Source: Clostridia bacterium (lineage in GTDB: Bacteria > Bacillota > Clostridia > TANB77 > CAG-508). Taken from it: 64,000 nucleotides of DNA. Position 1 is the first letter of the stretch, and every line of letters begins with the position of its first letter. The notes under the pieces were generated by a model that had not been told where the DNA came from, did no database searches, and saw only the letters and a program-made list of their open reading frames with translations. Positions 29,011-39,779 of the stretch are shown here, one piece after another. The stretch spans positions 31,563 through 95,562 of the forward strand of contig JAGBAJ010000042.1 of assembly GCA_017939755.1 (NCBI GenBank), read 5' to 3'. Position numbers and translations under genes: made by a program.

Positions 29011-30252
29011 TTAATTTTCCTCTGATAAATTTGGATTATAGAATTTGTTACGAACATATTTTTTTGCCAGTCCACCTTTTGAAGTTTCTCTATAATGCTC
29101 TCCTAAATCCTTGCCAGTCTGATACATAGTGTCAACAACCGTATCAAACGAAATCATGTGTGCACCATCATCAATTAAAAATGCAAGATTTGCTGCATCA
29201 ATTGCTCTTATTGCAGACACTGCATTTCTTTCAATACATGGAATTTGAACATACCCTAAAATTGGATCACATGTTAATCCTAAATGATGCTCCATTCCTA
29301 TTTCGGCAGCTTCTTCTATTTGCGCCAAAGAATAATCCATTATATATGCATATGCTGCAGCAGCCATGGAACATGCAGTCCCAACTTCTGCTTGACATCC
29401 GCATTCAGCTCCACTTACTGAAGCATTTTTTTTAACTAAATTTCCTATTAATCCAGCAATTGCTAGTGCATTTATAATCTTTTCATCAGATACATGATAT
29501 TCAATTTTTGCATAATATAAAACGGCTGGTAAAATACCACATGAACCACAAGTTGGAGCAGTAACAATAATTCCTCCAGATGCATTTTGTTCACTTACAG
29601 CATATGCATATGATGTAAGTAATTTATTTCTTCGTATTTCCTCGTTTACCATGCTCTTTTGTGAATTATAAATTCTCTTTGCTTTTCTATGTAATCCTAG
29701 TTTACCTGGAATAATGCCTTCCGCTTCTAGCCCTTCATGAATTGCATTTTGCATAGCGTTCCATACATCTTGTAAATATGGTTTTAAAGTTTCATCTTCT
29801 TTACTGTATATGTAATCAATAAGCTCTATATTATTTTTATTACAATAATCTTGAATATCTGTCATTTTTTCTATATCATATACATCTGAATTTACTTTGT
29901 TAGCTCTTTTCCCTTTTATTTCAATATCTCCACCACCAATTGAATAAACTTCCCATTCGCTAATTTTTTTCTCATTTTTATAAGCTTCTAAAATCATAGT
30001 ATTTGGGTGGTAACTACAATTAGTTTTTTTATCAAATATTATTTTGGTATTACTTCCCTTTAATGTTTGTTTTATAATCCAATCTGTTAAATGACCTTTT
30101 CCTGTTAATGCTAGTGAACCACATAGTGTAATAATGTACTGATCTGCATCACTATATGTTTCTTTAAATTTTTGTACAGCATTTTTAGGTCCCATTGTAT
30201 GTGAACTTGATGGTCCATTTCCTATCTTGTATACATTCTTTATTGATTCCAT
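29011..30252 (-). CDS. sdaA: L-serine dehydratase (iron-sulfur dependent, single-chain)
   Basis: 'GNGPSSSHTMGP' N-terminal motif; the Cys cluster 'CGCQAEVGTAC' is consistent with the Fe-S L-serine ammonia-lyase family. Confidence 0.85.
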   Translation of the reverse strand: MESIKNVYKIGNGPSSSHTMGPKNAVQKFKETYSDADQYIITLCGSLALTGKGHLTDWIIKQTLKGSNTKIIFDKKTNCSYHPNTMILEAYKNEKKISEWEVYSIGGGDIEIKGKRANKVNSDVYDIEKMTDIQDYCNKNNIELIDYIYSKEDETLKPYLQDVWNAMQNAIHEGLEAEGIIPGKLGLHRKAKRIYNSQKSMVNEEIRRNKLLTSYAYAVSEQNASGGIIVTAPTCGSCGILPAVLYYAKIEYHVSDEKIINALAIAGLIGNLVKKNASVSGAECGCQAEVGTACSMAAAAYAYIMDYSLAQIEEAAEIGMEHHLGLTCDPILGYVQIPCIERNAVSAIRAIDAANLAFLIDDGAHMISFDTVVDTMYQTGKDLGEHYRETSKGGLAKKYVRNKFYNPNLSEEN

Positions 30253-30804
30253 ATTTTCATCGTTATTGGTTAATTAGTGTAAAATTTCAAATTCCTGTAA
30301 TGTACAATTATAACCAGTAACTTTTCACCTCCTCTCAATAAGTGTAACATTTTATTCTTGATTTAACAAATGTTATTATATAACATGAATTTTAGCTCAA
30401 TATATAAAATACTAGAGCTTATCCCTAGTATTTTATTGCTTTTAATTTCGGTTTATATCTTATTAAATTATGTCCAGTCATAATTTATATTGTGGGCTAC
30501 ATTTGTATACATATCTTTTTTTATCAAATTTTTACTTCTTCTGGGAAAATATCTTTATATGCACTTCTCCATACTTTATTTTTAAACTTAAACCATGTTT
30601 TAGGTCTTTTTCTTCAACTTTTCTAATCTTTATATCGTTGTCCATAAAAAATCCAGTCCTTTCTAAAAGGCACACATAGTTTGAAAAGAATTAAATTTTG
30701 ACAAGGAAATGTTCATTAAAAAGTAAGGGCGCATACTTTCTGTATGTAACCGCGTTTTTAATGAATATTGACGCTGTCAAAATTGTAATTATTTGCAAAC
30801 TAAA

Positions 30805-31359
30805 TTACCTCCTCTTATAATCAATCCATTCTTCCCTTAATAATCCAGTTATGTATTCATCTTCAATATTTCCTGTTGCCATTGATACAAATTTTTTTCT
30901 TCTTATTCCTTCATTCTTGTATCCGAATTTTTCTTGCATTTTAAATGATGAAATATTGCCTTTAAAATATCCATTTTCTAATCTTCTTAATCCTAGTTTT
31001 TCAAAAGCAAATTTAATTCTTGCACCCCAAGCTTCAGTTCCATATCCTTTTCCATGATATTTTTCGTTAATCCAAATACCTCCACCTGCTGTTCCATGTA
31101 CTGAACTAATATTACTTATTTGTGTTGAACCGATAACTTTATTTTCTTTTTTTAATACAATTGCAAAGTTATACAAATTCTTTTCAATGGAATTAGTTAT
31201 ATATTTTATAGCATCTTGTTTTGTGTATGGATATGGTACAAAAGCCATCCATTTGCTTACATTTAAGTTGTTTAAGCCTTCTACAATATCGTCTGCATCA
31301 CTTAGTTTGTATTGCCTTAATATTAATCTATCCGTTTCAATAATTATATCTTCGTTCAT
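30805..31359 (-). CDS. GNAT family N-acetyltransferase (RimJ/RimL-like)
   Basis: 'YHGKGYGTEAWGARIKFAFEKLGLRRLE' motif A/B. Confidence 0.75.
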   Translation of the reverse strand: MNEDIIIETDRLILRQYKLSDADDIVEGLNNLNVSKWMAFVPYPYTKQDAIKYITNSIEKNLYNFAIVLKKENKVIGSTQISNISSVHGTAGGGIWINEKYHGKGYGTEAWGARIKFAFEKLGLRRLENGYFKGNISSFKMQEKFGYKNEGIRRKKFVSMATGNIEDEYITGLLREEWIDYKRR

Positions 31360-31377
31360 AATATTCCTCCAAATAAA

Positions 31378-31941
31378 TTAGATATTTTTATTTCTAATAT
31401 AATCTCCTTTGAATTCTCTGGCTAAAATATCCATATAAATTTCATCGTAATATTTTCCATTTAAGAAGTAACATTCTCTTCTTCTGCCTATCTCTTTGAA
31501 TCCTATCTTTTTGTAGCAATTAATTGCTCTTTCATTGAAAGACATTACACCTAATGTTATATTGTTTAAATTTTGATAATTAAACCCAAAATCTAGAAGT
31601 AGTTTCAAAGTTTCAGTTCCATAACCTTTACTTCTATTTTCTTCACCTCCTATAAAAATCCCAACTTCTCCGCATCTATCTTTTTGATTTACATTCATTA
31701 TCCCACAATTACCAATTACTTTATCATCTTCCAAACGAACTATAACAAAATTTAGTCTATTTTCCTTTAAACTTCCTTCTATCCATTCTCTTTCAGATTC
31801 TACAGTCATTAAACTTGAACTTTTTTTGATTCCATCTGTCATTTTAAAATCGCAAAACCATTCTACATACTTTTCTGCATCTTCTATACACATTGGAGAT
31901 AAATATATTCTATCCCCTACTAATTTTTTATAATATTTCAT
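31378..31941 (-). CDS. GNAT family N-acetyltransferase (RimJ/RimL-like)
   Basis: 'NRSKGYGTETLKLLLDFGF' motif A. Confidence 0.75.
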   Translation of the reverse strand: MKYYKKLVGDRIYLSPMCIEDAEKYVEWFCDFKMTDGIKKSSSLMTVESEREWIEGSLKENRLNFVIVRLEDDKVIGNCGIMNVNQKDRCGEVGIFIGGEENRSKGYGTETLKLLLDFGFNYQNLNNITLGVMSFNERAINCYKKIGFKEIGRRRECYFLNGKYYDEIYMDILAREFKGDYIRNKNI

Positions 31942-31958
31942 ACTTTTTTACCTCCTTT

Positions 31959-32528
31959 CTATAAATTAAATGTATCTTTTATTATTTTAGCAACTTCCTC
32001 TGCTGATAAATTTGTATTATCTATTTTTATATAGTTTTTAAATAATTTTTCTCCCTGACCTTCAATTGAATTATATTGATGTTTTTCCATTGACTTTAGT
32101 AATTCATTTTCACTCCATTGTAAGTCTCTTTTTGACGCTTTATGCTGTAATCTATTTTCAGTTTTGTTACGACGTAATCTTTCTTCGAGCGATGCCTGCA
32201 ACTCAACAACATAGATTTCCTCATATCCTTTTGTCCATTCTTTCATCTGCTCCATACACTTTTCTAAGTCTTTTCCAAAATCAAAACATCCTGTAAATAT
32301 AATTCCTTTTTCTTTACTTTGAGCAAATTGTTTAAATATAAGCTCCCTGATTTCCGCATTCATTTTATTAAATACTTGTTTATCATAATCAAAAATTAAT
32401 CTAATAAATTCAATTGTCATGTGATTATAGAATAATTTGTAATCAATTATTCTTGAGAGCTCTTGACCTACTGTCATTTTTCCAACTGCTTGTGGTCCTA
32501 ATATTGTTAGAAATTTTGGCATTTTCAA
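31959..32528 (-). CDS. P-loop kinase-like ATP-binding protein
   Basis: Walker A 'LGPQAVGKMTVG'; small (189 aa) nucleoside/nucleotide-kinase-like fold. Confidence 0.55.
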   Translation of the reverse strand: MKMPKFLTILGPQAVGKMTVGQELSRIIDYKLFYNHMTIEFIRLIFDYDKQVFNKMNAEIRELIFKQFAQSKEKGIIFTGCFDFGKDLEKCMEQMKEWTKGYEEIYVVELQASLEERLRRNKTENRLQHKASKRDLQWSENELLKSMEKHQYNSIEGQGEKLFKNYIKIDNTNLSAEEVAKIIKDTFNL

Positions 32529-32543
32529 TTCCTCCTTTTATAT

Positions 32544-33389
32544 TTACTCAAAATCTAGGTCTTCCCAATCTTCCATTCTCTTATAGCCAATTTTTTCATA
32601 TACATGGTTACTAATTGGATTTGCATCGTCTGTGTATAAAACACAATATTTGTTTCCTGCCTCTAATTGCTCTTTTGAAATTCTATATACTAGATTATAT
32701 GCATATCCTTTTTTTCTTTCTTCTACAGGTGTGTATACCGCACTAACACATACTCCATACTTCATTTTTCTGCTAATTGCTGCTTGTGCTACAATCTTTC
32801 CGTTTTTTTCTAACACATACATTCCTAGACTACAATGTTTTTTAAATTTTTCCTCAGCTTTTTCATCTGTTAATTCCTCATGAAGAGCCTCTTTTGTAAA
32901 TTCCTTAAGATATCTTATTATGGTCTTTTTATCTTCAGGATTTACTTTTCTATATGTAATATCTTGGGTTAGCGTTGCAGGAGCTATTTGCTCTAATAGA
33001 AGAATTCTAAGTGGTGTATGTATTTTATACTGCTTATTTGCTACTTCGCAAAAATACTTAGCAAATTTATTAGCATTTTCTTTTTCTGTGTTAACACCTA
33101 ATAAATCTGGTTCGCTTTTATATACCTCTGTTGCTGCAAATTTAAAAAGCTCTTCAGATTTATTATTTGTGGGAGAGTACATTACCATTCTCCATGGTCT
33201 TCTAAATAGCATAATTAATTCGACTCTATCATTATCTTCTATAGTTGCTAAAAACCAATTATCCATTCCACTTTTTACACCTTCAATGCAATTACCTATC
33301 ATTAGACAATTATACCATTCTTTTTCTTCTAATAGTTTTTGATTGTCATTCCAAAATTCTTTTATATCGAAATATCTTTTAAAATTCAT
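32544..33389 (-). CDS. GNAT-domain protein
   Basis: C-terminal 'EERKKGYAYNLVYRISKE...VLYTDDANPISNHVYEKIGY' acetyltransferase fold. Confidence 0.6.
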   Translation of the reverse strand: MNFKRYFDIKEFWNDNQKLLEEKEWYNCLMIGNCIEGVKSGMDNWFLATIEDNDRVELIMLFRRPWRMVMYSPTNNKSEELFKFAATEVYKSEPDLLGVNTEKENANKFAKYFCEVANKQYKIHTPLRILLLEQIAPATLTQDITYRKVNPEDKKTIIRYLKEFTKEALHEELTDEKAEEKFKKHCSLGMYVLEKNGKIVAQAAISRKMKYGVCVSAVYTPVEERKKGYAYNLVYRISKEQLEAGNKYCVLYTDDANPISNHVYEKIGYKRMEDWEDLDFE

Positions 33390-33443
33390 AATGTCATCCT
33401 TTCTGCAAAAATGTAGTTTTAAACAAGAGCTTAGGCTCTTATA

Positions 33444-34529
33444 TTACTTTTCCTCTAGAAACATTTTTAAATATTTTTCTGTAAATTCATATAGTTTGTC
33501 TTCATTACCTTTAATTTTTCTTATTAAATTATGTGCAATTGTATATGCTTCATCATATTCTTCTTTAGTCATTTCATGTCTTTTATAGGCAGCTTTTAAT
33601 TCATCTTCATCTAATAATAATATTTCACTATTCATTGTTACAACAACGTCTAAGTATAAGTCGTCTTCATAAGGAGTGCCTTCTTCTTTACCAATTTTTC
33701 TTGCAATGTCAAAATACCATTCAACCACTTCATTTTTTTCATTATACATGGCTGTTAACTTTGTTTTTGCACTATAATCATAAAATTCCAACCATTTATA
33801 ATTATTATCTTTAATGCAAACTCCATCTGGTACAATCATCTTGTTTTTTACATTTTTAAATTCATAACAAACAATATCACCTTTAAATAGTTCATCTTTT
33901 ACTTCTATTGTTTTCTTCATGATATTTGCTTTTTTAGCATCACCATCAGTAATTGCATACCTTTTCTTTAAACTTATCCAATACCTTTTAAAAACTTCAT
34001 TTGCTTCTTTGTTTTCAACAATATTTTCAAGTACTCCTCCTGCCTTTTCAATAGTTTTGCTGCTTCCGATATTGTAATCAAGACATGTTATTAAAACCCT
34101 GTTTATATTTATACTTTTGCAATATTCAAGTCCAAGTAATAATTGTTTATATGCATAACCGTTTCTTCTTTCACTTGGAATAATACAATATCCTATATGC
34201 CCACCATAATTATATAAATAATCATTTAAGGCATGTCTTATATTAATAATACCAACTATTTTGTTATCTGATTTTCTTACTGAAAAAAATACATCTGCCA
34301 TCACTCGTCCTTCTGGCAAAGTTTCTGCTTTTGTATATATTTCAATTTTTTTTAACCAATTTTCATAATTTTCTTTATAATCTTGCAAACTGCTAAAACC
34401 TGAATATCGTACTCTTTCATTTGGCTCGAATTTTTCTACTTCTTCAATAAACTTAATTGCTTGCTCTTTATGGTTTATATTTGGTCTTTCTAAAGTTATT
34501 TCATTTATCATAAATTTTCCCCCTAACAT
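33444..34529 (-). CDS. Two-domain protein: N-terminal GNAT acetyltransferase plus an unassigned C-terminal domain
   Basis: 'SERRNGYAYKQLLLGLEYC' GNAT motif A in the N-terminal half. Confidence 0.55.
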   Translation of the reverse strand: MLGGKFMINEITLERPNINHKEQAIKFIEEVEKFEPNERVRYSGFSSLQDYKENYENWLKKIEIYTKAETLPEGRVMADVFFSVRKSDNKIVGIINIRHALNDYLYNYGGHIGYCIIPSERRNGYAYKQLLLGLEYCKSININRVLITCLDYNIGSSKTIEKAGGVLENIVENKEANEVFKRYWISLKKRYAITDGDAKKANIMKKTIEVKDELFKGDIVCYEFKNVKNKMIVPDGVCIKDNNYKWLEFYDYSAKTKLTAMYNEKNEVVEWYFDIARKIGKEEGTPYEDDLYLDVVVTMNSEILLLDEDELKAAYKRHEMTKEEYDEAYTIAHNLIRKIKGNEDKLYEFTEKYLKMFLEEK

Positions 34530-34534
34530 TTTTT

Positions 34535-35236
34535 CTAATTAATCCTTTTAATATTACCATTTCTTATTAAATATATTTCTCCATAAAATTCTTCTTTTTT
34601 TCCATTTATTAAAATATAGCTTCCATCACATAATGCATATATATTTCTTTTATAAGATTCTTGAAGGATATAATTTCTTTGATATATTTTATTTTTATCT
34701 GATTCATCAATACTTAGTTTCCAATGTGGCTCTATATTCATTTCAGTTAGCTCTAATCCACCAAAATATATTGAATCCGACTTTTCTTGCTCTTCTGGAC
34801 TATTAAATACATGAGTAGCCATATTTATGGAACCAGCACTTTGACCTACTATTATTCCGTTAAACTCTTTTAATATTTCCTTTAATTTTATTTCTTCAAA
34901 GAATTCATTTTGCAAACTTGTACGTCCACCACATAAAAATACTAGATCTGCATTTTTTATGTATTCTTCTGCATTTTGTATTGTTCTATTATCTAATACA
35001 TTATATTTTTTAAAAGTAATTCCAGATAATTTTAATGAATCAAATAATAAGCTAGAATAGCTATCAATTTTTTCATAATCATATTTATTAGAAACAACAA
35101 ATACTATGGACTCCGTTTTCTTTAAATATTTTTTTATATTTGAAATAAACTTATTTGTATCATCTATTTCTTTTACAATTTTAATACCATCTACTTTTTT
35201 ATATGTATCAACATCGCTGGTTAGTATTTTTATCAT
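34535..35236 (-). CDS. Peptidase S51 / type-1 glutamine-amidotransferase-like (dipeptidase E-like) protein
   Basis: 'LCGGRTSLQ' and nucleophile elbow 'GQSAGSIN' typical of peptidase E-like class I GATase fold. Confidence 0.65.
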   Translation of the reverse strand: MIKILTSDVDTYKKVDGIKIVKEIDDTNKFISNIKKYLKKTESIVFVVSNKYDYEKIDSYSSLLFDSLKLSGITFKKYNVLDNRTIQNAEEYIKNADLVFLCGGRTSLQNEFFEEIKLKEILKEFNGIIVGQSAGSINMATHVFNSPEEQEKSDSIYFGGLELTEMNIEPHWKLSIDESDKNKIYQRNYILQESYKRNIYALCDGSYILINGKKEEFYGEIYLIRNGNIKRIN

Positions 35237-35284
35237 ACTTTATCACATCTTTCCCTATAAATATTTTTCTTTAAGAAAACAAAA

Positions 35285-35330
35285 AATCCTGCAAAAGAAT
35301 CTTTAAGACTCCTTTGCAAGATTTAACTTC
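35285..35330 (-). terminator. Intrinsic terminator (minus strand) downstream of the DUF4143 gene remnant
   Basis: Minus strand reads 'aaatcttgcaaaggagtcttaaagattcttttgcaggaTTTTTTGTTTTC': a GC-containing hairpin followed by a U-tract. Confidence 0.6.
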
Positions 35331-35489
35331 TTACTTCGTGTAGGCGTTGCCATTTACCGCTCGAGCTATGCTCTAGGTAAACTCTTAAAATATGTTTTTA
35401 ATTTTAGCATATTATTTTGATATTGTCAAACTTTGCATAATTCATCGTGTGTAACCTGAAGACATAAAATCTGTATATTTCTTATTGAA

Positions 35490-35823
35490 TTTTATCACAT
35501 AACAAAAAATCAATTAAATTAATATGTTTAATTCCTTCATACTCGTATCTTAATTTATCTAATGTAATTACATATTTAGGATAATTGTCATCAATAGCTT
35601 TAAAAGCTCCAAATTCTCTATTTTTTGTATCTTCATTTGGAATACTATATGCAACTTGAATATAAATTTTTTCATTTGGTTTTGTTGCTACAAAGTCAAT
35701 TTCACCTTTTTTGGTTTTCCCTGTATAAACATCATATCCCTTTATTATTAAATCATTATATACTATATTTTCAATGGCATAGCATTTGTCAATTTCTGTT
35801 TTGCTATTCTTTATAGTCTGTTA
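35490..35823 (-). pseudogene. C-terminal remnant of a DUF4143 AAA-ATPase gene
   Basis: Minus-strand translation '...YNDLIIKGYDVYTGKTKKGEIDFVATKPNEKIYIQVAYSIPNED...LDKLRYEYEGIKHINLIDFL' matches the DUF4143 C-terminal domain (compare 'HEIDFIIQTQNKIIPIEVK' in 26442-27749). No start codon or N-terminal ATPase domain. Confidence 0.45.
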
Positions 35824-36367
35824 AATATTCAAATTCTATAAATTCAAAATTTGTATATATTAATATATATTATATGTTGCTCATCTATTTTTTTAATTTT
35901 AATTCATCTATAATTTACTCTAATATTTAGATTTCCCAAATCTACAAATTCCTACTAATATTTTTATTAAATCACTATCATAAAATTCTCTTATTTGATT
36001 TAAATATTTTTTTCTTTTTAACATTTTCATCACCTAAATTTCTTATAATTTATATATATTTACATCAAGTTATTTTTATATCCAAAAATAACTTGACATT
36101 CTTTCAACTAATTTTTATATTTAAAAATATATTTTTTATAACATTAGTAGCATATTCAATCTGTAAGAAATTAATTAATAAATCTAATGCTTCTAACATA
36201 TTTCTTTCCTTTGTTTCTATTATGCACTATAAGCATGACATTATAACAAAAGCTCTTGTTTGCAGTTACCTATACATTTTCCTTTCGACCAATTTAATTC
36301 GTTCATATTAACTTTTAAATTATTGAATTCAACTCTCTTCTTTACTTCGTGTCACACTTTCTTAATT

Positions 36368-37132
36368 TTATTTGTATGCAACAATTCCATAAAGAACTCT
36401 CTCTAGTAAAATTCCTCTTTCGGTTTTGTATTTTTTTACATATTCATCAAATAATTTTGAATCAATTGATTTCAAATGTTCTTCAAATGAATTATCAATT
36501 TCCGAAAAATCATCTAAAATTGGTGTTTTTAATAATAATGCCATTAGATCTGCTTCAGTTTTATAATATTCGTTTTGTAAAATTTGTACTTTTTCCACCC
36601 TTGAGAATCCTGCGTTCACTATATCTCTGTAATCTTTTTCAGATAATGCTATTTTGTCTTTATAAGCTTGTCCTTTACCAAATATCTTTTTCAACTCCCA
36701 ACAATCTTTTTGGTCAACCCCTTCAATAACTAAAGCTCCTCCTTTTGTAAGGCAATTATATATTTGATTTGCATTTATAATAGTATGTCTTGCTGAAACT
36801 AAGTCAAATAGCTCTTCTGGAAATTTCATTTCTAAATTGTTCATTACTCCAAATTTTACATTTTTTTCTGGATAATTTTTGGCATTTTCTTTTGCAGTGT
36901 ATACCATTTCTTTAGAAAAGTCTGTTGCAATTAACATTCCTACATTAGGATATTTCTTTAATACTTTTTCTCCTCCACCTGTGCCAATGTCTAAACATAA
37001 AGATTTTTCATTTGTATTCTTTTTTATTTGTCCAAAGTAATCCCAATCTGTTAAATCATCTACTTCGTATTTTATTTGACTGAAATCCCAATTTGCTAAT
37101 TTTGAATAATGCTCTAATTCATTTTCTTTCAT
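36368..37132 (-). CDS. Class I SAM-dependent methyltransferase
   Basis: Motif I 'CLDIGTGGGEKVL' and post-I acidic residue 'IATDFS'. Confidence 0.8.
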   Translation of the reverse strand: MKENELEHYSKLANWDFSQIKYEVDDLTDWDYFGQIKKNTNEKSLCLDIGTGGGEKVLKKYPNVGMLIATDFSKEMVYTAKENAKNYPEKNVKFGVMNNLEMKFPEELFDLVSARHTIINANQIYNCLTKGGALVIEGVDQKDCWELKKIFGKGQAYKDKIALSEKDYRDIVNAGFSRVEKVQILQNEYYKTEADLMALLLKTPILDDFSEIDNSFEEHLKSIDSKLFDEYVKKYKTERGILLERVLYGIVAYK

Positions 37133-37382
37133 ATTCGTATCTCCTATATTTTTATTTGGTTGTATACAAAAAGAACCTCCCTTCTATCAACAGCAAAAAC
37201 AACCATAAAATTTTGCTATGGTTTTTATTTTTGCCATTCATAAAGAAAGATTCTCAACATTCTTTATTATTCAAACTATTTCTAGTTATCAATTTCTTTG
37301 ATAGTATCACGCGAATGGTCGAATTGAAATACTACAATATTATATTAACATAATGTTTGCTTTCTTGTCAAATTTATTTACT

Positions 37383-37889
37383 TTAGAAAAACTCTTCATT
37401 TTTCTTAAAATATTTAATTTCACTTATAACCGTTAGAATTAAAGATAACGCATTTGCGACCACTCCTACAGGTGCTCCTACATAAAAATCATATAGTATA
37501 CCTAAAATATCTACAATAATAATTGATAATTTAATTAGTTTCATACTATCGCTAAATAATGCCCAACTATATAATAATACGATAACAATTGGGATAATAG
37601 ATACAATACCATTGATTTCTGGAATAGATATTGCAATAACAATTATAGAATATATAATTGCTACAATAGTTGAAGGTCTCTTATTAGAAAAGTATACATA
37701 GATATTTCTTAGTACAGAAATAGTAGATCCAATTCCTCCTGTAATTGCATTTATCATAAAATATGATATAGCAGTAAGTGCATTGCCAATACCATTTAAT
37801 ATGTACATTCTTTTCTTATTAAGATCAGCATCTGCTGCTATTCCCAGTACACTTGCTATAAATCTTATCATTTGTGATATTATAAACAT
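37383..37889 (-). CDS. Hypothetical membrane protein
   Basis: 168 aa, very hydrophobic, 4-5 TM helices. Confidence 0.4.
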   Translation of the reverse strand: MFIISQMIRFIASVLGIAADADLNKKRMYILNGIGNALTAISYFMINAITGGIGSTISVLRNIYVYFSNKRPSTIVAIIYSIIVIAISIPEINGIVSIIPIVIVLLYSWALFSDSMKLIKLSIIIVDILGILYDFYVGAPVGVVANALSLILTVISEIKYFKKNEEFF

Positions 37890-37951
37890 ATTTCCTCCAA
37901 TTTGTAATGTCTAATCTTCTATCTTTTAATCCTAAAAATCCGTGTAAGTTG

Positions 37952-38755
37952 TTATTTAATCTCATTTTCATTTTGATTGATTTCATAATCTGATATTTCT
38001 TTTATAAAATCTACTGTTACACTAACAGCCTTTTCTATTGACCCTTTTGAATTTTGAAATGTATGCTCTCCATTCTCAATAAGTTCAAATTTTGCATTAT
38101 TACACATTTCTGCAACTTCTTTTGATAACCTATATGGAACCGCACTATCTTTATCTCCATGCACAAATAATTTTGGCAAATCACATTCTCTTAATTTTTC
38201 ATATGGTTTATACTCATCAATCTCATTAAATAGTTCTAAGCCAAATTTAAACTTTTTTCCGCTATTCATACTTTTAGAAATGTAAAATCCATCATTTTGA
38301 GCAACTTTTTTATTTTCTTCTGAAAATAAATTTCCATATTTAATATAGTCATAATTAAGAGCTCCATACCATAAAATAATTCCTTTTATACAATCAAATT
38401 CATTATATGGAAATAATGAAACTATGCTTGCTCCAAAACTTCCGCCTAATAATATAAAATCTCTATAACCTTTTTCTTTTAGCATATTTATAGTATTCTT
38501 GAGATCTGAAATTTCTCTAGAAATAGTTATTTCAAAATCTTCTCCACCACTTTCACCATGTCCATTAAAATCAAATCTAAAAGAACTATATCCTTCTTGC
38601 TGTAGTTTCTCTGCTAAATATGTAAAACTACCACATTCTTCCTTATTACCTCTAATACCATGACACATTACAACTATATTATCAGCACTTGCTTTGTTGA
38701 CAATTCCACATAGTTTTATATTATTATCACTATCATAAAATATTTTTTCTTCCAT
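37952..38755 (-). CDS. Alpha/beta hydrolase
   Basis: 'VVMCHGIRGNKEE' (HG oxyanion) and nucleophile elbow 'LLGGSFGAS'; 'HGDKDSAVP' acid-His region. Confidence 0.75.
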   Translation of the reverse strand: MEEKIFYDSDNNIKLCGIVNKASADNIVVMCHGIRGNKEECGSFTYLAEKLQQEGYSSFRFDFNGHGESGGEDFEITISREISDLKNTINMLKEKGYRDFILLGGSFGASIVSLFPYNEFDCIKGIILWYGALNYDYIKYGNLFSEENKKVAQNDGFYISKSMNSGKKFKFGLELFNEIDEYKPYEKLRECDLPKLFVHGDKDSAVPYRLSKEVAEMCNNAKFELIENGEHTFQNSKGSIEKAVSVTVDFIKEISDYEINQNENEIK

Positions 38756-38844
38756 ACTTTTTCCTTATACATTCTTTCTATTTATTGAAATTTCGCTAAT
38801 TTCATAACTAATTTATATCCTGCTTAAATTCTATTCTTTTGTCT

Positions 38845-39531
38845 CTAATTTCTTTCTATAACAATATCTGCAACTGTTAAATTAGCTTCACTTAATACAT
38901 TATCAAGTATTGTCTTAGCTACATCTACTGGATTCATAAATGTATTTTGTTTTTCTGGTGATACATAATCTCTACTATTTTTATAAAAATCTGTATTTAT
39001 TCCACCTGGATATACTCCAATTACTTTTACACTTGTTCCTTTATACGCTACTTTTAAGCTCTCTGTGTAACCTCTTTCTCCCCATTTAGTAGCACAATAA
39101 ACCGCTTCTTGCTTATTGCCTCTTAATGCTGCAGATGACATTATATTCACAATTTTTAAATCTTTTTCTTGTTTTGCTTTTAAAGTTCTTGCAGACATCA
39201 TTATCATACCTTCAAGCCCCTTAAAACATCTATCAATATCATCTTTAACATATTCTGTTGGTAATTTAAAAGATGGCTCTCCAGCATTATTAATTAAAAT
39301 TTTTATATTTCCTAGTTTAGAAATTGCATCAATAGTATTGTTCACAAATTCTTCGTTAGAAATGTCTCCTATGAATCCTTTATGATTTTCTGTGTATTTT
39401 TTGTATAGTTCATTCATTTTCTCTTTGTTCCTGCTTATATTGCAGACAAATAATCCTTTTTCCATTGCTTGTTTTACAAGCTCTAATCCTAAACCAGAAG
39501 TTCCTCCAGTAATAATTATAATATCTTTCAT
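38845..39531 (-). CDS. SDR family oxidoreductase
   Basis: 'ITGGTSGLGLEL' Rossmann motif, 'NNAG', catalytic 'YCATKWGERG' (YxxxK). Confidence 0.85.
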   Translation of the reverse strand: MKDIIIITGGTSGLGLELVKQAMEKGLFVCNISRNKEKMNELYKKYTENHKGFIGDISNEEFVNNTIDAISKLGNIKILINNAGEPSFKLPTEYVKDDIDRCFKGLEGMIMMSARTLKAKQEKDLKIVNIMSSAALRGNKQEAVYCATKWGERGYTESLKVAYKGTSVKVIGVYPGGINTDFYKNSRDYVSPEKQNTFMNPVDVAKTILDNVLSEANLTVADIVIERN

Positions 39532-39779
39532 AAATCCTCCTATTCTTTGATTTATAACCTTACTATTACAATATTATATTTTGTTTTTTCTCTTTATAAA
39601 TTTTATATACAATAGAGCTTAAATTACTGATAATTGTTAGGAAATCAAATAAAGCCATCGTATATCCCTTTATTGCAAAGTCATATCCAAATCACATTAC
39701 CATTGTAAAACATATTAATAATTTAAACCTTATTACATCTTTTACATCCATTAGCCATAAAATCTATTTTTCCATTATA

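Noticed and set aside
35820-36360. Very AT-rich ~550-bp gene-free region with small ORFs (36093-36311, 36349-36729)
   Set aside because: The ORFs are Phe/Ile/Leu-rich with no RBS. 36349-36729 is antisense to the methyltransferase gene. The region is more likely promoter or spacer DNA next to a decayed gene.
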